DNA of 64,000 nt, from positions 301,506,001-301,570,000 of the forward strand of contig OZ024740.1 in the NCBI GenBank assembly GCA_964016885.1, in the 5' to 3' direction. The notes beneath the pieces were generated by a model. That model saw only the letters and a list, made by a program, of their open reading frames with translations. It did not search any database and was not told where the DNA came from. The translations under genes and the position numbers were made by a program. The stretch is from Eledone cirrhosa (Eukaryota). The stretch's first letter is position 1; each line of letters opens with the position of its first letter. Below are positions 1 through 13,239 of this stretch, piece by piece.

Positions 1-752
1 CCACTAAACATCATAGGATTTTACCAACTTTTCAACCATCCTCTTACGTAATCACCTATATAACTCACCCACACAGACACCCTAAACAACTTTTTTCTCC
101 ACACGCCACCTACACCCACAACACGCTTAAACCCCACACACACGTGCTTTCCACCACATATTTACACCCTCAACCTCCTGATTCCTCTCCCCCCACTCCT
201 CTAACCACACACGCACATACACTCCGACCTACAACCCCCCCCTCCCCCCCCCACACACACCTCTTCCTGAACATGCAACCCCGTTCTTCCCCCAACCCTT
301 ACTTTCACATACACACACACACACACACGTACACCTACACACACACACCACCTTCAGCCCTCCCCGCTCGGACAACCCGTCTCCCTCTCCCTACTCCACC
401 CGCCATGACCCCAACACACCCCACACCCTTCCACCACCTGTTTTACCCCATTTTTAATTTCAGTTTATTTTGATCATGCTTTTATATTTAATTTTATTTC
501 ATTCCTTGTATTTTGATCATGCTTTATTTTTATTTTTATTTTTAATTTCATTCGCACCGTTTCCTTTCGCTATATGTCTCTCCACCACTCCCCTACACAC
601 CCTTTGAACTCTGTTCCCACACACTTCTCACCTGAGGAAGGGCTTATGCCCGAAACGTCGTTCCCCACCACCACCCCACTCTCTAGAGCGTGAAATTAAA
701 AAACATTCGTTGTACTGCCTCTCTGTTTTGTTCCTGTTCAAATTTGTCCATT
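1..752 (+). mobile_element. 3' end / pseudo-LTR of a Penelope-like element, truncated by the window start
   Basis: C/A-rich UTR-like tract, HHR motif at 632-658, pyrimidine-rich tail ending in (TA)n at ~752. Confidence 0.6.
627..662 (+). ncRNA. minimal type-I hammerhead ribozyme motif
   Basis: CTGAGGA-A-GGGC(TTAT)GCCC-GAAAC-GTC; stem I pairing is weak. Confidence 0.65.
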
Positions 753-780
753 ATATATATATACATATATATATATATAT

Positions 781-1645
781 AAAGTTTCGTGAAATAGTAT
801 TTTACGACTATATAGTGCATTTGTAGTTTTCCCCAAATTGACGGTTAAGTATTTCTTCTTGATTTTATTTTGTGTTAAGATTGTACTGCTTTTTCCCCAA
901 CTTACACAAAGTCTGAGGATAAAGTTTCTTTTCTTGATTTATTTTAAATTAAGATTGTATTAGTTTTCCCATATCTTACATTAAAAATGTTTCTATCTCG
1001 ATGGTATAGTCACTTATATGTCTGAATTATTGTGGCCATTTTGCTTACATTAATTTCTCTATTTCCATTTATATATTTATACTCGGAGCTTTCCTAGAGT
1101 GCCACTTAATATTTGTGACTAATACCGTTTTTTTCTTTTTTTAAAATGCGATAATATTGCTTATGCTGAACTCCATAATTTTGTTGAGTTTTTTCGGAAT
1201 GTTTTGACTGGTGTTTCTTGTAAACAGCCTCTCGTCTCATCCCGCCATCACTAGCGTCTGTCCACATGTGCTTGGTTATTTAAATTTCACACGCTGTCGC
1301 ATGCCTGCTTTTAATTCACCTCTGGTATTTTAGCAGTGGTTATCTAGTTAATGTATTGAGCACTACTTAGGTCTATACTCAAGATCTATACTCAAACGTG
1401 ACTAACCACACTGAAAAGTTTCGTCTTTTAAGACTATACAGCATATTTGTATTTTTCCCCAAATTGACGGTTAAGTATTTCTTCTTGATTTATTTTGAGT
1501 TAAGATCTTTTTGATTTGCTTTAAATTAAGATTGTATTACTTTTCCCTCATCTTACATTAACATGTTCTTCATCTTGATGGTATAGTCACTTATATGTCT
1601 GAATTATTGTTGGCATTTTGCTTACATTAATTTCTCTATTTTCAT
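781..1645. repeat. element bounded by ~230-290 bp imperfect direct repeats (pseudo-LTR-like), flanked by (TA)n
   Basis: 781-1075 resembles 1416-1645 (shared ccccaaattgacggttaagtatttcttcttgatt and gatggtatagtcacttatatgtctgaattattgt); degenerate HHR-like motif on minus strand at ~1419-1441. Confidence 0.6.
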
Positions 1646-1691
1646 ATATATATATATGTAATAATAATAAATTTATATAATAATAATATAT

Positions 1692-2064
1692 ATAAGCAAA
1701 CGAATGAGTGAATGAAAGAGTTACAAGCAGTTAAAACATTTTTTTATATAGCGCTTACACTTATTTCGCCTAGAGAGGCTCGTCGGATGCAGAAATTCCA
1801 ATAGTTTCAATAATACTGTTCGAAGATCTTCCAACAGTATGCATGGAGACGTGAAGTTGTGATAATCTCTCAACGATAATTATAATTAAACACCTAACTA
1901 TTGGAATGTCTGCCTTCGACGAGCCCTTCCGGGCGAAACACGTGTAGTAGCTATGTAAAGAAATGTTTTAACGGCCTGTGACTATTTCATTCACTCATTT
2001 ATTTGCTTACTCCCGCTCTGCTTAAACCTTAGGCAAAATATTAAACATTCTCTAATATTTAACC

Positions 2065-2070
<6 letters not shown>
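1692..2070 (+). mobile_element. fold-back PLE derivative with HHR-like motifs in both arms
   Basis: arms ~1692-1806 / ~1896-2009, tail 2010-2070, (TA)n flanks; TCGACGA-GCCC(TTCC)GGGC-GAAACACGTGTA at ~1916-1946 and its mirror at ~1764-1786. Confidence 0.7.
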
Positions 2071-2105
<35 letters not shown>

Positions 2106-2204
2106 CACTGGTGTCTTATAACAACAGTAGATGAGCACTCAGTCCATTGGACGAGTTTGGTAGAAGTAGTTCCTCAACAGTTAATGCACCATTTTATATA
2201 TATA

Positions 2205-2660
2205 TATTATGCGAACAGCCTCTTTTCTAAAGCCATGTCAATAGAATGAGACCACCATTATTGCTCTTGTTTTGGCATGTAAACAGAACTACAGACACTA
2301 ATGTTTCCGGGTGTCACACTTCATCAGTATAGCTCACTGTTCACCTGCCAACTGTCGGAGCTGGTGAAAATATATGGTATTTTCAAAAATACACAGTGAC
2401 TGTTCGGCCTGATTTGAATATTAGCAGACTGGCTTATCAGTCGAATCTATATATTACCAGATCCACTGATCAGCAAGATTTGCATATCAGCAGACTGGCT
2501 AGTCAGTTTCCTGTATACGAGAGTGATGAATGGCTGGCCATATTCAAATAGAAAAAAAAAACATTATAGTCTGCAGTTCTGTTTACATGTCAACATAAGC
2601 GCAAGAATGAGGGGCTCATTCTACTGAAATGGCTTTAAAAAAGAGGCTGTTTGCATAAAC
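2205..2660 (-). mobile_element. fold-back PLE derivative with one canonical HHR core
   Basis: arms ~2207-2296 / ~2569-2658; minus strand gctata-CTGATGA-agtgtgacacccg-GAAAC-attagt-GTC-tgtagt at ~2288-2333. Confidence 0.65.
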
Positions 2661-2677
2661 TAATCGAATATTATTAT

Positions 2678-3449
2678 AGTCGTTTGGAAGCCTCGACAAT
2701 GCAAATGGGTAAATCTCCGGGTAACAAGATCCGGTGGTGGAGAGAGAGATGTAAATGGGTGTACGTTGAGATGCGTGTGTATGAGATGTGTAGAAGAATG
2801 AATGAAAGAGTATAAAGGATAACATTAAAATAAAAACACGAGAGAGAGTTACCTTGGGAGAGATTTAATAGTCCCTATATATTTCGGATTCACATCCATC
2901 AACTGGGGTTTTTTCCGGGGTGGGAGAAAGGTTGTCTGTCGGACAGGTGCGAAACGCGTCCTCCGATGTTTGTTGTTTTGAATATCTGAGGTATTCGGCA
3001 GAGCGCGCGTGCGCGTGAAATGGGGTCGGTCGGGCAGAGGGCAGCGGCCGAATGAGGGAGTGGGGTGGCGCTAGCTGTCAGTCCATTCTCTGCCTGTTTG
3101 TTAAATGTTACTGTGTGTGTGTGTGCGTGTGTTGTTGCCTTGTTCCTCTGTATTGGCAGTGTAGTATGTTCGTATGGTGGGATGCTACTGTGTGTGTGTG
3201 CGTGTGTTGTTGCATCGTTTGTTAGCTTAAACCAGCCATATCATTTCGCTTCTCTCTGATCGGTTGTTTATTTGCGGTTGCAGAGGTTTGATAAAAAGCG
3301 CTTCCCTTTCCCCCACCCCGGAAAACCCCACAGTTGATGGATGTGAATCCGAAATATATAGAGACTATTCAATCTCTCCCAAGGTAACTCTCTCTCGTGT
3401 TGTTATTTTAATTTTATCCTTTATACTCTTTCCTACATTCTTCTACACA

Positions 3450-3455
<6 letters not shown>
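2678..3455. mobile_element. fold-back PLE derivative, family B (same as 31645-32350)
   Basis: ~2780-2935 is the inverse of ~3305-3455; near-identical to the 31.7-32.3 kb element; CAGTTGA-T-GGAT(GTGA)ATCC-GAAA motif. Confidence 0.7.
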
Positions 3456-3498
<43 letters not shown>

Positions 3499-3505
3499 TA
3501 TATAT

Positions 3506-3842
3506 ATCATCATCATCATTTTACGTCCGCTTTTCCCTGCTTGCAAGGGTGGGACGGGAACTGATTCTGGCTTGATTTCTGCGGCTGGATGCCCTTCCTA
3601 ACACCAACCTCGTTTACAGTGAGTGCTGGGTGCTTTTTTGCCGTGACACCTCCACGAGCACTTTGCAGTGGAATGATAGGGACCACAGTCCCTATCATCT
3701 CATTTCTACAGCTGAATAAACTGGAGCAACGTGAAATAAAGTGTCTTGCTCAAGGAAACAACACATCACCTGGTCTGAGAATTGAACTCACAACCTTTCG
3801 ATTGCAAGCCCAATGCTCTAACCACTAAACCATATGCTTCCA
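3506..3842 (-). mobile_element. tRNA-derived SINE with CORE-like central segment and RTE-like (GAT)n tail
   Basis: reverse complement has tRNA A/B-box head (tggtttagtggttagagc...gagttcaattc), ccttgagcaagacact segment, ggaagggcatccagccg tail, ends in (GAT)n. Confidence 0.7.
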
Positions 3843-3857
3843 TATATATATATATAT

Positions 3858-4162
3858 TTCGTTTCTGACAAAGGAGAGGCACAAAACAAAGAAAAGAAAA
3901 GAATCCCCGGTCACTGATGAGGTCACAGAATGTGTGACGAAAGAACTTTGACTATATATAAACAACTATCTGGTTGTGGAACCAACCAACCAACCAGAAA
4001 TTTATAGATTTATAAATTTATAAATTTATAAATATATAATAAATTGAAGTGAAACGTCTGGTGCGTGTGTTTCTTATTGGCAACATGACCCTCCCAAAGT
4101 ATAACAATATCGGTTTCAACACACGATTTCAGATAAAGAATCTTGCTAAAAAAATTCAGAAA

Positions 4163-4165
<3 letters not shown>
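3858..4165 (+). mobile_element. PLE pseudo-LTR fragment, family D, with HHR
   Basis: (TA)n flanks; similar to ~5480-5715; HHR at 3909-3953. Confidence 0.65.
3909..3953 (+). ncRNA. minimal type-I hammerhead ribozyme
   Basis: ggtca-CTGATGA-g-GTCACA(gaatg)TGTGAC-GAAA-gaa-CTT-tgact; stems I and II pair. Confidence 0.75.
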
Positions 4166-4257
<92 letters not shown>

Positions 4258-4563
4258 GACGCATACATATACATAGGTACGTATGTGTTATATCGAACAT
4301 TAATGATAATATTCGATTCGTTTATAAATAATCGGCCCAAGTAATGTTGCACCGTCTCCGATGACCAATCGTTATCTGTTTGATCAGCTCTGGCATCGAG
4401 GAAAAATCAACATGTTTCTAGGTCATTGCCCTTCATCAGGATTGTATATCTCTCTACCAATCTGTTGAACGGCTGAACATATATAGTATTTTCTGAAGAT
4501 ACATCGATGGTAGCCTCATTACATAGATGTAAGTATGCATACTTACACACACACACACACACC

Positions 4564-4606
<43 letters not shown>

Positions 4607-4650
4607 TCTCACACACACACACACTCAGACACACACACACACACACTCAG

Positions 4651-4732
<82 letters not shown>

Positions 4733-4795
4733 TCACTCATTCTCTCTCTCTCTCTATCTCTCTCTATATTTCTCTCTCTCTCACACACACATACT
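4165..4795. repeat. representative compound microsatellites (TA)n, (CA)n, (CT)n; dozens of similar tracts across the window
   Basis: direct reading; other examples at 9452-9553, 16326-16400, 35067-35185 and 50348-50560 (TA/GA/GATA). Confidence 0.95.
4275..4545 (-). mobile_element. single-arm PLE pseudo-LTR, family C, with HHR
   Basis: minus strand aatc-CTGATGA-agggcaatgaccta-GAAACATGTT-gatt at ~4405-4443; related to 7095-7640 and 37080-37300. Confidence 0.65.
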
Positions 4796-5715
4796 ATGTG
4801 AGGGTCATGCTGCCAATAAAAACGTACCTGTTAGATTCCACTTCAATTTTTATTATAATTTCCCAGTCGATTATTTTCATAAACCGATGGGTGTATACTT
4901 GTGGATTGTCACCAAATCACTTCCCACGGTGACTATTTTTAAGAACGCAGTATAGAGCATCATATGCACGGAGTGGCACTGTAGGCTTAGGAACACGACA
5001 TACATAGGCGTAACACAGCATAATGTATAACATAACGCTGGCACGAAAACCACGATAACAAAGGTCATGACTCCACCACCAACGTGCCAGATTGGAACAT
5101 GTAAGCTCCATAGAGAACAACATAGAGATAAAAATTATGCTATTACATGTAACAGCGGCTATGCTCCGGTGGATTACTGAAGCGGCAAACATGAAAGAAC
5201 CCTGACTAAAATTAAATATAAAGCATGAGTGGAATAGCAATCACACAACATAGTACCAACAGACAATATAAAAACACACAGAGACAAAAAACGTACTGAA
5301 ATAATAAAATAATACAAACACACACGCTAATAAAAGAAGTAACCGACTATTGCCAAGTAGGAAACAGTGAACATAACCAAATAACTAAATAACAAAATAT
5401 AAAAACTACACAGACACACACACGGATATAATGTAAGCGTAGACCAAATATACAGCTCACATTAAAAAAGGATGTAAGACAAAAGAAATGAGAGCACAAA
5501 ATAACAAATAAAGTCACTGAAGAGATCACAGGATGTTTGACGAAAGAGTTTCCATGACAATCAAGAACTAAACTATCACCCTGTCATTAAATTGACGATC
5601 AGAAAAGTTATAATAGTAAATTGAAGTCAAATGTAACAAGGGCGTGTGCTTTTATTGGCAGTATAAACCTCCTAAAGTATAAGAATATCTGTTACAAGGC
5701 GTATTTTCAAATATT
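4795..5715 (+). mobile_element. PLE 3' fragment, family D, with inverted 5' arm
   Basis: ~4797-4845 is the inverse of ~5620-5672; HHR motif CTGAAGA-gatcacaggatgtttgac-GAAA at 5517-5545; interior could be a decayed GIY-YIG end. Confidence 0.55.
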
Positions 5716-6157
5716 ATATATATATGTGTGTGTATATATGTGTGTATGTGTGTGTGTGGGTGTTTGTGTGTGTGTCTGTGTAAATTTCTGTTCGTAAATA
5801 TACCGTATTTCATTAGATATAAGAAATTCACATACTTACATATTTGTATACACCTATGTTGGAGGGAAAACTTTAATTTTACTTTCAAGTACAGGCGGCC
5901 TGTACTTGAAAATGAGGGTAACAAGCCCATCTACATAAGCTTTATATTTTCGCCTGTTTCAAATTCCAGCTGCGAGCAGGGGAAGCACAACCCCGATATG
6001 AGGCTAGAACCACAAACGCGGTAGCAGTTGTCCTTCACAAATTCTGCTGGAATCTGCTAGTCGACGCTAGGCTCACCTGTTCAATATTCATAGCTAGAAG
6101 GCTTTTCAAATGTATATTCGTAAACATAACGTATATCATTATATATATATATATGTA

Positions 6158-6515
6158 AAATATTTCCAAAGAAAAAGCAAAGGAAAAGAGTGCTCTATGT
6201 GGAAAACATAGGTATTTAATTAGTATATGAACAACACAATATATAACTACTCCATTACCAAAGGTTTCAGGACGTTCGACAATATTAACATACGTCTATT
6301 TCGCTCATCAGACAGAGGTAAAGTGATTTTGAAGCTCAGAGAGTGTGATTGGTCGAGTCCATGACCTTTCGCCAATTTAAAAAAAAACATCAACGCACAA
6401 GCAGTGCTTGTTCAGGATCTGTTAGCGCTACGGGTGGGTGACCGTAGCTTATAGGTGCACTATATCTGTAATCTGACAACCAATTGCAATACTGTTAGCA
6501 TAGTTTGCAGCCACC
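6158..6515 (-). mobile_element. PLE pseudo-LTR fragment, family E, with extended-stem-II HHR motif
   Basis: minus strand CTGATGA-gcgaaata-GACGT...ACGTC-ct-GAAAC at 6264-6311; ~6330-6510 is an inverted homolog of ~17870-18045. Confidence 0.55.
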
Positions 6516-6535
6516 ACACTCACACACACACACAC

Positions 6536-6631
<96 letters not shown>

Positions 6632-7094
6632 ATATAAAAACATATATGTGTTCAAATCGTTGGTGTTATGCAGTTGCCCAATATCGGTTTGTATTTCTTT
6701 TCTTATTTATTGTTTTAAAGTGAGCCTGGCACACCCTATTGTTAATAGTTAGTATTTTTTTCACCCTAGCGAATCTGGTCCCGTACCATTTGAACATATA
6801 TATGATTATATCTGTGTTTATCTCTCTTTTATATTCAATTATATTTCACGGCTCAGAAAAACATCTTTATTTGAGCTATTTAATTGTAAGAGACTATTTT
6901 GAGTTTCTAAATCAATATATATCTTTAATATATATATATATATATTGAACGGAAATAATGAAACACAATTTCATTTCTAACACTTAGTACGGCTGTTACT
7001 TAAATATAAGTATCTATACGTACATACATATATGTATACAGACGTACAGTAGTATGTATATCTATATATACACATACATGCACACATATATATA

Positions 7095-7640
7095 TATATG
7101 TACATATGGATTCACCGAACATTTATTATAATGTTCGGTGTGTTTGTAAACAAAAATCCCGAATTAAGCCGTACAGTATCTAGCAACCATCGTTGCTCAT
7201 TTGTTCAACACTGACAAAGGAACGCTGTACTAGTTTCAAGCTTATTAGCTATCGTCAGCAACGTATACCTTCCTGCCAGATGGTTGAACGTCTGAAAGTA
7301 TATACTTTCCTTGTGCACATTAATGGCTGAGATTTCGTTTCATTTTTTCCGTTTATCGTTTTCGGTAGCCCGGCCGATTAACTCACTCGATATGCAAATA
7401 TGCTGCGCAGCCGTTAATATGCACTAGGAAAGTATATACTTTCAGACGTTCAACTATCTGGCAGAAAGGTACACGTTGCTGACGATAGCTAATAAGCTTG
7501 AAACTAGTACAGCGTTCCTTTATCAGTGTTGAACAAATGAGCAACGATGGTTGCTAGACACTGCACGGTTTAATTCGGGATGTTTGTTTATAAACACACC
7601 GAGCATTATAATAAATGTTCGGTGAATCCATATGTACATA
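7095..7640. mobile_element. long fold-back PLE derivative, family C; ~235-bp arms, HHR in both arms
   Basis: ~7095-7329 is the reverse complement of ~7408-7640 with few mismatches, ~80-nt spacer, (TA)n flanks. Confidence 0.85.
7473..7515 (+). ncRNA. minimal type-I hammerhead ribozyme (mirror copy on minus strand ~7222-7264)
   Basis: acgttg-CTGACGA-t-AGCT(aata)AGCT-t-GAAAC-TA-GTA^cagcgt; stem I pairs; predicted cleavage after 7509. Confidence 0.8.
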
Positions 7641-7660
7641 TATATATGCGTGCATGTATG

Positions 7661-7735
<75 letters not shown>

Positions 7736-8874
7736 CGACTGTACGTCTGTATACATATATGTATGTACGTATACATACTTATATATATATATATATTCAC
7801 CACCGTCTATTTTCTATTTTCAGCTCTTACTAAAGCTAACAAAAAAAACTGGCATGACCAAAAATCTGAATAATTTTAAAGACATCTCTAAATTTTATTT
7901 CTTTATATTCATTGTTCGGACGTTTAATTATTTAAGAGATATATATATATGAAGAAAACACTATCGATAAACGTACGTACAAGAATTGTTCTTCATGAAC
8001 GTACATTCAGATTGATGAAACACTATTTTTAACTATTATTGGACAGGCAAAATATGCATGTCTGGGCTGCAAACTCACGAGAACAAAATATCATTCTTGA
8101 ATTCCTGTTTCTACCCTATTTTTAAACGTTTCACGTTCCGAAGCAAAATCAATTGTAAACGTGCAATATCTTATATACTTTTGGCCTTGTTGGGGGTGGA
8201 TGATTACTAATGAAATCAACAACAATAGAATAGAGAACTTTATATAATATCAATAAAATAATATTTTAATAGAATTGATACTCCATGGTAAGTGAAAGAG
8301 AGGGATTGTTTTCATTCATCACAGTTAGATATTTAATTAGAGATAAAGATCATATCAATATGCAAAATTGCGTTCAGTTCGCCAGTGAAGATTGTGCGAA
8401 TTAATAGATGAACGGAGTGCGAAAGATAGAGACCTTGATAGACATGAAATACAAAGAATTAAAAATAAACAATACGACGTTATATTAATATGATATATAG
8501 AGAGTCTGAGATTAAAAATCACTTGAAGCTAAGCGGAAATGCCAACGGTGGGATGGATATTGTCATTGTGGGACTGCTGCTTCGCGGCAATATTAATACT
8601 TTTCTTCAGTAAAAGAAAAAAAGTAAAGGTTTCTTAATACCGTTTTCTACTTCCAGAATAGACAATAAAATTACTGAGCTATTATTTCTTGATGTATCAA
8701 ATATATTCTCCCGCTAAAATGTCCAGCCCTGTGTCTACATAGAGAACATTACAAAAGCAAATAAGAACACTTATTCAACTTGACTTTTAAGAGAATCTAA
8801 CTAGAAAATAGAATAATATATAGTACGGCAGCAATAAAAAGTGACAGAGGGTTGTATATTTGCCAATAGGAGAG

Positions 8875-9060
8875 GGTGGTGGTGGATTGGCAGTATCGGT
8901 AGAGGGTCGGACGCCATGCTTTGACACATAAAGTAACGGCCTTCGCCATTCTGAGTTCAAATCCAGCCGAGGTTAACTTTGCCTTACGGGGTCGATAAAA
9001 TAAAGTACCAGTAATGCACTGGGTAATTGCTGGCCTTGTGTCAAAAGTAGAAAGAATTAT
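8875..9060 (+). mobile_element. tRNA-derived SINE, family S (Meta/MESC-like central domain)
   Basis: A box tggcagtatcgg, B box gagttcaaatcc, ggggtcgataaaataaagtaccag core; many copies in the window. Confidence 0.85.
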
Positions 9061-9451
9061 TAGAACAGAAATTGTGATAGCAGAAACACATAAGAATATA
9101 TAAAACAGTACGATCCTGCTTTCAGCAACCTCTTAACCTATGTTAAATTAGAAACAATCGCGCTTGACAAGAGACCTACCTAAAACTATATTCAATTTAA
9201 TTTTTAATTAAAGTTATTTTATGTACATTATAGTTTCACATAATCAATGTAAATAATGTTTCCGAATATTCAAAAGAGTTAATTAATGGAATGTACAGGA
9301 ATAATATAAAAATGAAATGACATCAGAAGCTTTTTAAGTTAATCAGCAAGAGGATAGTACCCTCGGCATACATATAATTCAAAGCTGATTTTAATTCAAT
9401 GTTTTTAATTCAGAAATTAAGTCATAGATAGGTCCCACATGGACATCTCTG

Positions 9452-9556
<105 letters not shown>

Positions 9557-10766
9557 TTAGAATTGTTGCTTGTTTAATTTTAAGAATGAGGATGGCTAAT
9601 TATCATATATAGTTATTTAGTTATTTATGCTATTTGGCAATTAAAATATTTAAACTTAAATGTTTATGTTATTTATAATGCAATATACTTGATGATATTT
9701 CCGTAAACGCCTAGACATATTTTAAAACAATTAATTGGCTATTTGTGAGACAATTCTCTCAATATTATTCTTAAACTTATATTCGAATATGAATGTTTTC
9801 GTGGCAATCACATTTAATTATTGTTTGTTACAACGTATCTTTTCTGAATTCATGTGTCATGTTTTGTACCGGAATTATACATTTTTAGACAGACCTGTAT
9901 TGAATAGTGAGCTGTGTCATGTTGGACATTTGAAGAGTGATCCTCTATCTTGCACACATTCACAATTTTACCCAAAGAAATGCACAGGAGAGTGGGGCTA
10001 TTCTTATTCTATTTGCAGAGAAGGGAATAACTACAAGTGTTAGTATGGGAATAATATAAAATTAACCATGACATTTTGTCAACTGACAGAGGAATACAAA
10101 GTAGATATGTTGTAAGTGTAAGACACAAAAGAAGAAAACATAAAAGAAGTGTAAGACACAAAAGAAGAAAACTTAAAATTGGAACAGAATTTAAATATCA
10201 AAACAGCAAACAGAAATAGATTCTGAAAGCCCGGAACAAAGCTTGGAGAATGTAGTTAATATTCACCGTCGTACATACGGGGATGTGCAATCCTTTTCTA
10301 CCTCAAGATGGCAGATCGTATATTATGGATAATTACGTTAGCAGGAGAATTTCATCACCTAAAATGTGTCAGTGAATGGTTCAATAAGCATAAACGATGG
10401 GTATGAGACATATAGTTATATTCCGATCTCAGTAAAGGTAATCAATTTCATTGTAATATCATATGATAGAAAAATGAGAGCCATATCAATCGTCCATATA
10501 GATAGAAAATAAACAAAAATCATAATGTAATGTGGTACTAAGATTCTTCAAACATTAACTTAAAATAAGATATCAGAATCAATGCGATCACTTCCACATA
10601 ACATGACTCGGTAGTTATGAAAGTGATCCAAGCAATCATAATGCTGAACAGTAAGTTGATGACAAGCGGTAACGGAGCCAGCATCGCTAGCTATCATATG
10701 TATACACATACACACACACACGCAAACACGCGCGCCCACACACACACACACATATACACACACACC

Positions 10767-10842
<76 letters not shown>

Positions 10843-10857
10843 TAAATACATGTATAG

Positions 10858-11085
10858 TAATAATAATAAATGTGAAAACTAAAATCTGATGAGGGCTCGA
10901 TAAGGTTAATATTTATATAAAATATATATATAAACCGCAGAGAAAATATGTATTAAAATAACAGATTAAAGTTTAAGGAAAGAATCGGTGCTTTCACGCT
11001 TAACGGGATCTTCTGGGCTTCAAAAGATCCCGTTAAGGGTGAAATAGCGATTTTTGCTTAAATTTTAATCTATTATTTTAATATA
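10858..11085 (-). mobile_element. fold-back PLE derivative, family F
   Basis: arms ~10950-11013 / ~11022-11083; homologous to 14150-14305 (inverted); CAGAAGA-tcccgttaag(g/c)gt-GAAA motif. Confidence 0.6.
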
Positions 11086-11900
11086 TATATATATCAGGTG
11101 ATTCAATGAATTACTTGTGGTAACACAACTATTATCACTCGATGCACAAGCAGAGAGACGATTCTTATTCTTATCGCGGTTTCTTATTATACATATAAAC
11201 GTGTAGCTGTGCGTGCGGGGGGGGGGGGGGGGGGGGGGGGTTACTATGAATTATATATTTTGCAAGAAAGTATTGTATTTTTATTATATACATCAACTCA
11301 GAACCCACCGTTACGAGATGCCTTATCAAACAGATATACGCCTATACACACACATACAGTCACACATTTGTCAGACGAACCTCTTTATATGCGCAACTTT
11401 AAATTATTGACAAATTTCATGTGCAAAATATCATATAGTATAAAATATCTTTGTTTGTTTGTGACGTTGTTTCTGATTCAACGTGTCAACAAAAGCATCA
11501 GACTACACAATAATATGAATAACGTGGACTATATGTTCAATTCAATTTAGGCAGTACACCGCACTCTAATTTCGGAAATCATAAAACGATATATGAATAA
11601 GTTTCGGTACCATTAGAATTTAAATGACTTTGAAATAACCTAATATAAAAGTGTATAAGCGATGTCTCTGAAAATTATTAACCCCCTCATTAAACAAAAC
11701 AACAAACGTATTTTACATATGTTGAAGTGGTAACACTGTAGGTTCTGGATTTGAATATTGCTCAATGTTGATTTTAATTGTTTCTAAAAAGTTACAAGCA
11801 GTGGCGAAATAAAACAAAAAATGTTTAAGGTATGACAGATATGAATATCTTAATGTTTGGTATGTTTAATATGATGTACCGCATTTACTATTTTACCATT

Positions 11901-12302
11901 AAAGAAATATGATTTCGCTTCAAGCATAGCTTTATACAATATGTATAACTATTTCGTATCTCCAAAGAAATACGGTTTTAGGAAGCCGAGGCTATGCAAA
12001 CACCGGGGGGCTAACGCCCTCTGGTGATGTCCAGTAGAAGCAAGGGGAACAACCGTCTATGCATATCAGGCTTAACTGGACATCGTCAGGACGGCCTCTC
12101 CCACCGCTTGCGACTCCTGGACTAGAAGACAGGCGAGAATATATACTGTTTTCGTCTGCGTAAATGAGGTGATTAATCTCATTTGCATATGAAGCTGCAT
12201 AAGTTAGCTCAACTTATAATAAAAAAGAAATAGGATTTCGCTTCAAGCATAACTTTATACAATATGTATAAATATTTCGTATCTCCAAAGAAGTACGGTT
12301 TT
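11901..12302 (+). mobile_element. ~244-bp GC-richer insertion between 79-bp direct repeats
   Basis: 11901-11979 nearly equals 12224-12302; insert has hairpin 12021-12035 / 12075-12089 and an A-rich end. Confidence 0.55.
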
Positions 12303-12516
12303 TGTACCTGTTCCAACCATCTGGCTAAATATTTATTTAATATAAACTTTTCTTCTTCTATAAAAAATTATCCTTTCAGAATGAAAATAATGCACACATC
12401 TGCCTATCCACATTGAGAATTACTTACTAGGTAGGTAACATAAGAGGTCGGTTTACTGTACACCCCTCACCCACCCCACAAACATATACGCACATACACA
12501 CACACTATCTCTCACA

Positions 12517-12570
<54 letters not shown>

Positions 12571-13185
12571 AATTAGAATCCGTGCTCTGAAATAGCGATG
12601 TATACATGAATATATATATATAGTATAATTGACAATATACGGTATGCTTAATTAAACACATTTTGAAGAACTTGCGCTATTATTTTAAAGTAGTGACTAT
12701 GTCACTTACTTCTTTTTTCAAGAAAGAAAGGGAGATAAGCTGACAGATCTGTCTCATACTGTTGGTAAATATCAGAGCTTAGCATTCGCCGATGCCTGTT
12801 GAACATTTTATACCATTACTTATTTGTATTGGTAAGTATATGTTATCTGTATGTTTTGTGAAGGAACGTATACGTTCTCGTACGTATATTTGCTTGTATT
12901 TGTTATAGGCATATATATTATATTATATATACTGGTACTTGTGTATATGGTTATGTGTATACGAGAGTTTTGCGTTTGTGTGTGTATGCGGGTGGGCACT
13001 TATGTTAGGTGGGTGTATATGTATACATTGTGTTTTGGTTGACGTTCGTTTAGCGGTCATATGTGTATTTACATGTAGGTATGTATAGCCTGCGTTTGGC
13101 AAAAGTAGAAACAGTTATATACGTATTTATGTGTGTATATCTATATACGTTTATATAATTATATGTATACAGGCGCACCCACACA

Positions 13186-13235
<50 letters not shown>

Positions 13236-13239
<4 letters not shown>

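Noticed and set aside
8875-9060. tRNA gene
   Set aside because: A/B boxes belong to a repeated SINE head that continues into a shared body; no full cloverleaf
10886-10905. HHR at CTGATGAGGGCTC
   Set aside because: No stem II plus GAAA follows, and the homolog at ~14270 lacks the motif
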